Shown here piece by piece: positions 25,701-37,700 of a DNA stretch of 64,000 nt. Made by a program: the position numbers and the translations under genes. The stretch comes from Negaprion brevirostris (taxonomy: Eukaryota): contig JARDVH010000157.1 in NCBI GenBank assembly GCA_030324005.1, positions 22,766,208 through 22,830,207 of the forward strand, given 5' to 3'. Under the pieces are notes generated by a model, which was not told where the DNA came from, ran no database searches, and saw only the letters and a list, made by a program, of their open reading frames with translations. The first letter of the stretch is position 1, and each line of letters starts with the position of its first letter.

Positions 25701-28700
25701 AAGGTGACAAGCCTACAAGTGATCCACAGTTTATATTACAAGCACCAGTGATTTGGATGACTTCTGTGAATCTTAACTTTATTTTACTTTGTAAAATCTA
25801 CTGTAAAATTTGAGTTGGTTAGTCTATTCGGTAAATGTACGGCAAAGTATTATCTAGTGAATGACACCTTTGTTGCTGAAATGATTGAGGACTGGAGAAA
25901 GTTAGCAGCAGACTGCATGACCACACTGAAGTAATCTTTTAAGTATGTATTTAACATATAGTCAAGTTGAAGATAATTTGAAAAATAAGCAGAGTAGTGT
26001 TCTGGTGACATAATATGTTTTCGAATTTTTTTTGTTTGGGACCCCTTGCAGAAACGGAAAGCGAGAATGAATTTCGACCACTGGATGACCGAATAGATGA
26101 GTTTCATCCCAAGGCTACAAGAACATTATTTATTGGGAATCTAGAGAAAACCACAACCTATGGAGATCTTCGAAACATCTTTGAACGCTTTGGAGAAATT
26201 GTGGTATGTACGCTGCTTGGATTGGTAATTATTGAGGTGACAGGATTTCATCATTTTTGAAACCATTCAACTAGAAGCGTAATTTAAAGCTGTATGTTTT
26301 TTAAGGCATCCATTATCCACATTTTAGTTATCCTTCAACTTGATTATCTTTCAGAATTTTTGCAGCATGAGGCCTTGTGCAAAATATGCCATTGTACATC
26401 TGACCTGTATTTCATATCTTTGTCTCTTGGGTGAATAACCTATGTTTGTTGTTTATTTTGTATTTGTCTTCATTCCAATTACCTAATGATCATCCTGGGG
26501 GTGGGTAGAAGTGATCACCAGGTCAAGATGATGTGCTTGACAATGGGAGAATGAAACTCAGTCAACTCTGGCAGAATCCAGATACCTGAGCTAAGCAGGT
26601 CAGCAATATTCCAGGGCATTCTTGAGGATCTCTCAAGCAGCCTGATTTTGTTAATAGGATCTGGAGGGTAAAACAAACAGTTGGGACAGTGAAGGGATTT
26701 AACCACCAAGGGTCCAGGAATCAATACAGGTGAGTGAGGAGCAGGCAGATGGATGGAATAAGATTTGGTAAAGGAAAGCATATGGGCAGCAGAGGTTTTG
26801 AAGGGACTGTGTTAATTTTGTTTTATCTTTTCACACAAAATGGATTCTGTCAAATACTAATGACCACCTTCCTAACTTGCCCTTGCCCTGGACCATGACT
26901 CCACTGCTGCACGTCAAGCCATCAGGGCTGTCATAGACCTCATCTCCTCTGGAGATCCTCCACCCACAACTTTGTACCTTATAGTCTCCCAATCTTGAAT
27001 AGCACACTTCTACCTCTTTTCCAAAATCAACAAACAGGACTGTCCAGACAGGTCCATTGTTTTAGACTATATCTACTCTAGTGAATCAATTTCTTCCCAT
27101 CTTGATCCTGTTGTTCTCTTCTTGATTCTAGGGTGGCACAGTGGTTAACACTACTGCCTCACAGCACCAGGGACCTGGGTTCGATTTCTTGCTTGGGTCG
27201 CTGCCTGTGCAGAGTCTGCACGTTCTCCCTGTGTTTGCATGGGTTTCCGCCGGGTGCTCTGGTTTCCTTCCACAGTCTGAAAGATGTGATGGTTAGGTGC
27301 ATTGGCCATGCTAAATTCTCCCAATGTGTACCCTATCAGGTGCCGGAGTGGGGTGACTAGGAGATTTTCACAGTAACTTCATTAAGTGTTAATATAAGCC
27401 AACTTGTGACACTAATAAAATAAACTATTTTTTCTCCCCTTGTCAAGTCTCTTTTTATCTCCATTTGTGATTCTTCTGATACCGGATATCGTTTCAACAT
27501 TATTTACAGTTTCCTGGCCCTAACTGCCACCTCTTCCCTATGAATGTCCAATTTCTCTACATCGCCATCTCCCAGCAGGATGGGCTGAGGGCTCTCTGCC
27601 TCTTCCTTGNNNNNNNNNNNNNNNNNNNNNNNNNNNNNNNNNNNNNNNNNNNNNNNNNNNNNNNNNNNNNNNNNNNNNNNNNNNNNNNNNNNNNNNNNNN
27701 NNNNNNNNNTCCGAACAGTCCCCATCTACCACCACTCTACTCCACCTGCTTTGCATTGTTCTCTCACTGAACAATTTCTCGTTTAACTTATCTCATTTCC
27801 TTTGAATGAAAGATGTGGCTTTGGAAACCTGATTAAGCCCTATTTATGTCTTGTCTTTTTGTGGTGTATGTGAAACATTGCTCATTTCAGTCCTACAACT
27901 CTTTTTCTGGCATGATGCTGCCTGCCTTGGAACTAGAAAAATAATCAGTTTTATTCCTTTTCACCCTTCTTTCATGTTCAAATGATATATTGCCAATACT
28001 TCTATTCCCTTCCTTGACTTCTCGCTTTTCATTTCTGGAGATAGACAACCTTTGAGATTCATTACAAACTCACCAACGCCCACAACTAGCTAGACTACAC
28101 TTACTCACACCCTGCTTCCTGGAAAGGACTTCATCCATTCTCCTAGTTTCTCCATCTCTGTTGCATCCGTTTTGATGATGCTACAGTTCATAATGGCACT
28201 TCCAACATGCCTTTCTCCCCAACTATGGTTGATAGCGCCCTCAATTGCGTCTGACCCATTTCCCATACTTCTATCCTCACCACATCCCCTCTGTCCCAGA
28301 ACCACACTGTGTTCCTTTTGTCCTCATTAACCCACACCCAACCTCCCCCCAACAATCCTTGTATTCAAAGGATTATCTTTTGCCTTTCCTGCTATCTCCA
28401 GTATGATGCTACCATCAAATACATCTTCCCTTCCCCAAAGGGACTGCTCCCTCCATGGTTCATATTCTGCTACCAGCAACACCTCAAACCTTCCCAAGGC
28501 ACCACTTTCCATGCAGGAGGTGTAATGTCTGCCCCTCTACCTCCTCACTCCTCATTGTTTAAAGCCCCAAACACACTTTCAGCTGAAGCAGCAATTTACT
28601 TGTACTTCTTTTAATTTAGTCTGCGCTGTTTGCTGCTCACAATGTGGTCTCATTTACATTAGGGAGACCAAATGCAGACTGGATGACCATTTTTTGAATG

Positions 28701-31700
28701 CCTCCACTCAAGTCGGCAAGCATGACTCCAATCTTCCAGTTACTTGCTATTTCAATTCATCTTGCTCTCATGCTCCTGTTTCAGCCTTTAGCCTACTAGA
28801 GTGTCCAGTGAAGCTCAACACAAGCTGGAGGAACAGCACCTCATCTTCCATAGGGCACTTTACAACCTTCTGGATTCAACATTGAGCTAGACAACTTCAG
28901 ACCACGATCCCTATCCTCCATTTTGAATTTTGTTTTTGCCAAGTCCCACTTTGTATCTTGTTTTTGCTTTCAGACTGAGTTGACCTTTATTCTGCTATTA
29001 ATGTCTATTCCAGAACTATGCTTTATTTCTTTAATGAAGCACAACAACTCCCTTTACTTTTTGTTCCATGACATCTTTGGAATTTAATCTCTCTGTCCTT
29101 CTAACCCATCTCTGACCTTCCCTTTGGTTGCATCTGATTCTCTCCCTTTTTCAACAGCATAAAACCTATCACATTTCTACCTCTCCAGTTCTGAAGAAAT
29201 CATATTGGACTGGAAACATTAACTCTCAGGTGTTTCCAGACCTGTCTAGTTTTCCCAGAACTTTCTATTTTTATTACTAATGACAGCTGACTTGGTACAG
29301 TTTGCTGCATTAAAACTTGAAGCATAATTGCACGGTATGTAAAATGTTCTATTTTGAAATGATAGCATAAAGTGCCAAATGCGTCAAAGAATTGAAGTAA
29401 AAACAGAAAATGCTGGAAAATCTCAGCAGGTCTGACTGCATTCGTGGGGAGAGAATAGAGCAATAGAGCCAACGTTTCAAGTCTAAATGACCATTCGTCA
29501 GAGCTCTTGCTCTATTCTCTCCCCACGGATGCTGTCAGGCCTCCTGAGATTTTCCAGCATTTTCTGTTTTTCTTTCAGATTCCAGCATCCTCAGTATCTT
29601 ATCAAAGAAGTAAAGTAGTTTGAAACGGATGCCTAATTGGTGCTATGTTTTTGACGTAAGTTAATGCACCACCATCCATGAGGAGTAATGAGGCTGATTC
29701 TTGCTCAAATGAACAAGACAGAGGATAGGATTTTACTCCCCCTCATGGCGGGACCTTATGCACCTGCTGTTGTCGACAGGATTTCCTGTTAAATGCAACC
29801 CTTGCCGCTGGGAAATCCGCAGTGGGGTGCACCATCAGCGGGATTGTAAGATCCTGCTGGCATAAACGGTAGCAAGATTTTGGCAATAGTAACTGTACTG
29901 TCCAGGCAGAAGTCTCGAAAATTGTGGACATGATTCCTGCTTGTGATTCAGATGTAGTACTGCATTTCCTCAAGTAATAGTCTCATTTTCTTCTCTGTGC
30001 TCCCTCAGACCCTAATGCAAATGACAATGGATTAATGTGATACTTCACGTTCACATATTAAAAAAAACTTTGAACTAAAATTTAAATGTTACATTCACTC
30101 CCCTATTTATTTTAATGGGGAAAGCAAAAAGAAGAAAACAATTACAACAGAAGTCTTTGAAATTCGGCAAGAATGTGTTTTTTGTGATGAGGCACAGTCA
30201 AAAAGTCCATGCTATTTTTTTTATTTGAAATGACAGGATATTGACATCAAGAAGGTAAATGGGGTTCCTCAATACGCCTTCCTACAGTACTGTGACATTG
30301 CAAGTGTCTGCAAAGCCATCAAGAAAATGGACGGAGAGTACTTAGGAAATAATCGGCTCAAGGTCAGGAAGGAGAAATACAGTCATTTGCTTATCAGGAA
30401 TATTCACTTATCAGGAATTCACAGTGAAATATTAGTAAGAATTTTCTGTTGAACAATTTCTTGTATACTGTTTTTTGTTGTAACTTTACTTTTGTAATAT
30501 TCCCCTCTGTTTTCTTGAGTTACTTCTCTCTTTCCTCCCTCCAAGTTTAATATTGTTCTCCTTGGCATGTTAGGTAGAATGTCCAACCTGCAGAGATGTT
30601 TCTGTGGATGTAATCAGTGCCACTTTTGGTCGTCCAACCTGGGCTGTGATTGAGCAGTGTGTGAAGGCAAGCATCACTGTTCTTCTCTCAGATGGGGTTG
30701 AGACATGCAAAGTTGAACTGAGCTCTGGGAGAAGCCCAAGTGCAATTGTTACCTGAAACTGGTCTCCCCTGATTGAAAATTCATTGATGTAGATTGTAGT
30801 ATTGGTCTGTTCTACTTTCCCCTTCCCTGCAAATTATTTTTCACCGACATGTCATCCTGCAGCTAATGTAACAACCTTGACAAATGAATTTCTTCTGGAC
30901 ATCAATTTTAACACCTACATAATTTGTAATGTGCTAGAGTGATCCCACTAAATTCGTGCTTCCATTCCTCACTTCCATTTGGAAAATTGCTTTTTTCCTT
31001 AACTGGTACTTAATTGACTGAAATTGAGAACTCACTATGTGGAGAATCATAGAGTAAGAATCCATGTTCTGCAACATGATTCAGTGACCTTTCTTGCATT
31101 TTTGTAGCTAGAATTGAAAACTAAAATTTCATCAATTGTACATTTTGCATTTCTTTAACTAGTGAATCTGGGTATGGAGAAAATTGTAAGAAAATGTAAG
31201 GAATGATCTTATACAGACTATAAGTCAGTCTGTAATTCTGCTAATATGGAACCTATACAGAGCACTTGCTTAATAAAAACGTCATCAAACTTTGTCTGAC
31301 CAAATGCATATGATAGGCGTAGACCAGAAGTAATTGGTTTTTCAATTACTATTTAATTAACAACAGTAACCATGTAATTTTTGAAGTAGAATTGATTACA
31401 AAAACAATTTGAGTGATCCCCTTAGCATTGTTGTATTTGTATAAATGTCTACTGCTTATCCTATTGGAACTATATTGGTCATCTATACAAATGTAAAAAT
31501 GTTTTCAGATCAGACTGTTGTATGTTAGTGTTTCAGGACATTTTGTCCTGGAGTTATTGAATATGGGTTTGTGTCAATGTTTTGTGAGCAATTATTTCAG
31601 CTCTGATGGATAGGAAAAAGGCACTTCCAAATGGAATGAGTGAAATTTGGAATGTTTTCCCAATCAACTTGTGCACTTCCTAAAGACCAGTTCCAGAAGA

Positions 31701-34700
31701 ACGTTGAAAGGCTGGGCTCTGTTTCAGCTCTTAAATAATGAATGATCCAAAGATACCTGAAATGAAGTGAAATGAATAAGATGTTCACAGAACAATTTAA
31801 ATTATTTATAGAGCTGCATCATGTTTCTATACCAATTATCTCCTTTGAAAAAATTCATATAATTCTATATTACAGTGAAGACTAGTAGTAGTAGTTGTAA
31901 ATTTTGGGGATGTCAGTTAATTAGATTTTTAACATTTGTGAAAATCTTTAATACTACTTAGCCCTATTGTATTCAGGTCAGTGAGTTTTATTACAGTTAA
32001 AATACACCTATTCTCTCTCTCTCTCTCTCTCTCTTTCTTCAGCTGGGCTTTGGAAAGAGCATGCCAACTAACTGTGTATGGCTGGATGGTCTGTCTTCAA
32101 ACATTACTGAACAATACTTATCCAGACATTTCTGTCGTTATGGACCTGTGCTCAAAGTAAGTGTCTTGTTGCACACATTCAGTTACATTTCACAACGTAT
32201 TAACAGCTGGCAGCAAAATAATTTTTCATAATTTTTCCAATTTATCTTTGCAAATCCAATAATTAATAGGGTTTTGAGAAAATTATGATTTCAATTCTCC
32301 TCTCCAAAATACTCCAATACATTTCATGTTCTGATGAGACAAAATGGCATCTAATACATAGTTGTGAATACACTGATTTGATTAGTTTTCAACTTTACAT
32401 ACGAGGAACCTACCATGAAAAATGGCATTTTAATCGTAGGACTTGAATATCATCTCTTTGAATGAGTTTACAATTCTTCTTTGAAATACGTCANNNNNNN
32501 NNNNNNNNNNNNNNNNNNNNNNNNNNNNNNNNNNNNNNNNNNNNNNNNNNNNNNNNNNNNNNNNNNNNNNNNNNNNNNNNNNNNNNNNNNNNNACGTCAA
32601 TTCCATTATCAGATTATATTTGTTTCCTAAGGCAGTTTAAACATTAGATTGCTGAAAATAGATTCATCTGTCAGCCTCGATGATGTCACCATCAGAACAG
32701 TATACTTCATAATGTTTTTATCCTCCGCATTTCAAAAAAGAACAATACAAATACTCAGAATCTGAAATGAAAACAGAAGACATTGGAAATGCAGCAGTTC
32801 AGTGCAGATCCTTTCTCTGAGCTCAATTTTTATGAAGGCTCCCAATGAAGCATTGAGCTGTCTTTTCTCTTTCAGATGCTGACTGACTGATTATCTATTT
32901 CCAACAATTCTGTTGGTTTTACCAAAAAGTAATCTAGGTCCTCCTAGGAAAATGAACTTGTGCAGCATGGAGCTGCTTGTCATCCATCCCTTTCATAGTT
33001 TGAAGTGGGTATGTGGAACTGAATGCTGAACTTTAATGTTGGCAATAAAGAGCCACTGTTCACGCTGTAATTTGGGTGATGCCAGAGGGCCATGGTCTTG
33101 GCTATCAGCGTTGTAAGTTTTAAAATTGACTGTTGAAACAACAATAATCACCTGATGATTCTAAATAGTTCATAAAAATGATATAGAAGTGAATAACTAG
33201 CACGTGATTCAGAAATTTATTTTTCACTTCAACTGCTCAACGGTCTGAAAAGACCAATTGCACAACATAGCATTCTCTATATCTATGACTCTTCTATCGA
33301 CCTGCCATTTACTATATCACTCTCTGATACATTTCCTCTCTAATGACAGATTTTGTTACAGGGTCCTCACTGATGCACCAAGCTGTATAAAGCATGCGTT
33401 TTTATTGTACATCCTTCACTGTCATCTCTATTGATGATACCTCTGATAGAACACTCTATTTATGTCTCTCTTGCTTACAGACAAATTATATCAAACTCCA
33501 TTTCAGTAACTTGTCCCTTCTCCTGATAACACATTTGTATGGATCCCCAAGACAATGCTCTGGAGGGGTTCTGCTGTATATCTATCAGTTACTTGCCATT
33601 CCTATTCAGGGAACTAGCTGACTTCTTTCTTTACCTCCTGGGACAGATTGTGTTGGATCGTCAGAAAGGAATGGCTCTGGTGTTGTACGATGAAATTGAA
33701 TGCGCACAAACAGCGGTGCAGGAGACCAAGGGCAGGAAGATTGGAGGAAATAGAATAAAGGTTAGTATGAGAGAGTTCATGGGGATACTAACAGTGCACT
33801 TCTTGTTCTCTTCACTCTTCTATATCCTTTCTTTTTTCACTCTCTTTCTGCACAGGTACATAAACATAGCAGTGTTCCCTATCTTCTCAGGCATAGTCCC
33901 CTCCCACCCTTCCCCAATCTCATGGCATTACACGTGATAAAAGACAAGATACATTCTGTGTAAAACCAGAGCATGAAATAGTACCAAGTATTGGAGGGGA
34001 TTGGAAGGTTAAAATCTGGAGAAAAAACCCAGGAAGTTAAAATTAATATTTTGCGATGTTAAAAAGCGGAATTTATTGGCCTTCTGCAGTTCAAAGTGGT
34101 ATTGTGGTTGGCACACAAACTGGAAAAACAGTTTAATGCCTTACAAGGATCAGAAGCATGTTTAAAAAATCACCATTTGCTGCCAGTTCAACTTTGCAAT
34201 CAAATATCCAGTTGTTATTGTATGACTTTCCCTTATTTAATAAGCATTGCCTCAGCTTTAAATATCTAACAATGAGACTTCTCCCCTTTAGGTGGATTTT
34301 GCAAATCGCGAGAGTCAGTTGGCATTTTATCGTTCTATGGAAGTCTCTGGGCAGGATATCAGAGATTTATATGAAATCTTTGCTGAGAGAAGGCAAGTGA
34401 AAAAGTTTTTTTTTAAAGACAAAGGCTTCTCAAATGATAACTATAGTGCCAAAGTGTCAGTTTTTCATGGATCGTGCATTTAATGCACCTATTATGTTTA
34501 AGATTTTTACTTCAATAATGTTTAGACAATTTGTCACAACCATTTAATTCAGCAATGCCAATTAACTTTGGCAAATATATAAGCAATTGTGATTTTTAAG
34601 TTAAGTACAATACTATGAGGAAAGGAAATGTTTTCTGCATACTAAATTATTTCTTTTGTCTAATAGCATTATGTAAAACTAAGCCTTTTTCAGCTGGATT

Positions 34701-37700
34701 TCTGACTGCGCTCACTCATACACCAATATCATTTTAAACTTTTATGGCCATACTTGACATATGCAGTTACGGTCAGATTAGTTTTTAAGACAAACTGTGA
34801 CTCCAGTAACCTGATGAATATCCTAATGTATTTGTCAATCCAAGAGTCGTCTTCTGTCAGGACAGAAACTGTGAAGAAACTTACAGGACTCAAATTTTAA
34901 GCCAAAGCAGTGTAAAAATAGTTCAGTCTCAAAAATTACACACTTTATAAGTTAAAGCAATACATGGCAAAGTGATCAGTTTGCTTTGTNNNNNNNNNNN
35001 NNNNNNNNNNNNNNNNNNNNNNNNNNNNNNNNNNNNNNNNNNNNNNNNNNNNNNNNNNNNNNNNNNNNNNNNNNNNNNNNNNNNNNNNNNNNNNNNNNNN
35101 NNNNNNNNNNNNNNNNNNNNNTTTAGGTGTTTGTCATTAAGCCACGGCTTTCTTAGTTGGTTCTAGGAAAATCTCGTACTTGTCATGCATACAAGATATT
35201 TTGATGTGGCCAGGTAGTTGTTCCACGTTGTCTCCTTATATAAAACCCCAATAGGTCAGCTTTAAAACACTTCACATTTTCTCAACTAAAGCAATTTATT
35301 CTTAAGCTTAGATTAGTACCACTAGTTTTTAAAATATAGTTTGCATGTATATTCTATTTTCAGAGCCAATGAGTTCTTGTTTTCTTCCATTTCAGATGTT
35401 TACCCTGGAATGGGGAACTTACTGGTCCTTGAGCATAAATATCAGTGAAGCACTGCTGTCCTTTCCAAACAGAAAAAAAATCAAATTGATGCCAGTTTAC
35501 AGATTTAGCTACAAGCAGTAGTCTTTTCAAATTATATGGTAACAACTACCAGCTCTCCAGGGGGCTATAGGAGTCAGCAAAGCAAATGAACACAAACAAA
35601 ACAAACTTCAGGGGATTGAGGTAGAAAATTGTAATTTTAACTGTCAGCCCTGGTCATCTTCTAACTGGGCTATTATTTGGTATGTCTATCAGCAGCAGCT
35701 CATAATACGTATTGCCTACATCATGAAAAGCACACATTGGGACAGTGTATCAACACCAACCTCTGTCAAAGTTTAAATAAATCGTGAGATGCATTGTTCA
35801 TTCAACATTGTTGACTAGCATAATTTGGACATAAAATGCCTATTGTGGAACATTTCACCTCTGCCTGCCATATTTGCCTTGAGTTCCCAAACCAAGCCCC
35901 TAAATTGGCAACTTAACTGTGTATTTTCAAGGCAAAATTAAGAATCAGGAAAGGCAAAAGAAAGACAGGTTACAAGCAGTTTGTACATTGAGTCATTGAT
36001 CTCAATAAACATTGCCCTTGATTCACCTATGCAAAGCACTAAGTGATGACACTCGGAAAGATGTCAGTCACCAGAACCAGTCAAGCTACTTTTGATCCCT
36101 GTCATGGCTGAAGAATATATATCATTCAAAGACTAAAGGAAGCTGGTTCATTTTTAATAAAATTGATTTGTTTTCCACTTGAGGAATCTAAAGTGCATCC
36201 TCTATATGTTTTTGCAGTAAAAATTTACAAGCATACAAACAACATTATGTTAAATGTTCTAATTTCGGAACATAATAGTGATTAAAGCAAGGATTAACAA
36301 CATCTCAGCAAATAATCTTTGGAGTTCCAATGCCATTTTAAATTTGTTATATCCAGCCCTGCAGAAGAAAGCCTCATAACTTGACAAACTTTTATTTACA
36401 TAGTCACACAAGTCTTCTCGACTCCTGCACAGCCCACCCTGGAATCCTGACTAGACACAAATTTCCCTGCAAGTAGTTTACCTGCAAGTGGCATTCATTA
36501 AGTGGTCAGCTATTTATAGTGCTGCAAGATTTATCAATCTGGTAGAAAATGAGACATCACATTATGAGCCAGAGTCTTGCCTTAGTCATCATCTGCACCC
36601 AAGCATTTTATGTTTGGGATCCAGGAGTAGGAAAACTGACACATTCCCCTCTCATAAACTACTAAATGGATTCAACATCTGCTATACTTTAGTTGCAGTT
36701 AGCTAACAGACCAAGGATCACAGAAAACCCAGGCAGTGGAATTCTCCTTGAGCTATTTCAGAAAGTTGAATGAATCCCCTTCCCACATAACAGTTAATTT
36801 TGTACAGCCATTGATTTGTTAGGGGAAACAATTACATTTCAATTAATGTGTATTTCTTTCATTAACAGGGAGGATCGGAGAGGATCATATCATGAGTACA
36901 CTGCAGATCGTGCTTACTTTGATGCAGTTAGAGGACCAGCTGCTGTATTTCCTGAAGACCCTCGTAGGGACTACCGGGCAAGAAGTAGAGATTTTTATGC
37001 TGAGTGGGATCCTTACCAAGGTGATTATTATGATCCTCGATATTATGAAGATCCACGGGAATATAGAGACTATAGAGATCCGTATGAACAGGATATAAGG
37101 GAGTACAGTTACAGACAGCGAGAAAGGGAACGAGAAAGAGAACGTTACGAATCTGATAGAGAACGAGATCATGAAAGGCGAACTTGTGAACGAAGCCAAA
37201 GTCCAACACACTCAAGAAGAGCTCAGAGTTGCAGTGCATCGCCAGCACAGTCTGAGAGGCATCAGAGTGACAGCATGGACTCTGAACGCAGGATATACAG
37301 TCGGTCCTCAGACCGTAGTGGTAGCTGCAGTTCACTGTCACCACCACGATATGATAAAGCAGATAAACCCGACAAAATACGTGCAGACCGTTATGACAAA
37401 AATGAAAAGGAGAAAGAGCGGCTGTTCGAACCTGAAAGAGCTGACAAACGGACCCAAAGAAAAGATAAAGTAGAGAAACTGGAAAGAACAAAAAAATTTG
37501 AAAAATCTGAAGTGGAGAAACTTGACAAGAAAGAGAAAATTGAGAAGCTGAAAATACGGAAGGTAAAACCTCCATCTCCAAGTTCCTTGTCTTCTGAAAC
37601 AGACCATGAAGTAGACAGGGATCTAAACCCTGATGGACTAAAGAATAAAATAAAACAAGGGAAAGAAAAAGCAGAGAAAGAAGGAGCTTCAAAGAATCGT

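Noticed and set aside
31972-31986. TTCAG-GTCA-GTGAGT resembling a micro-exon or recursive splice site
   Set aside because: Weak pyrimidine tract, only ~60 nt to the true acceptor, and a 4-nt exon would shift the frame; probably chance.
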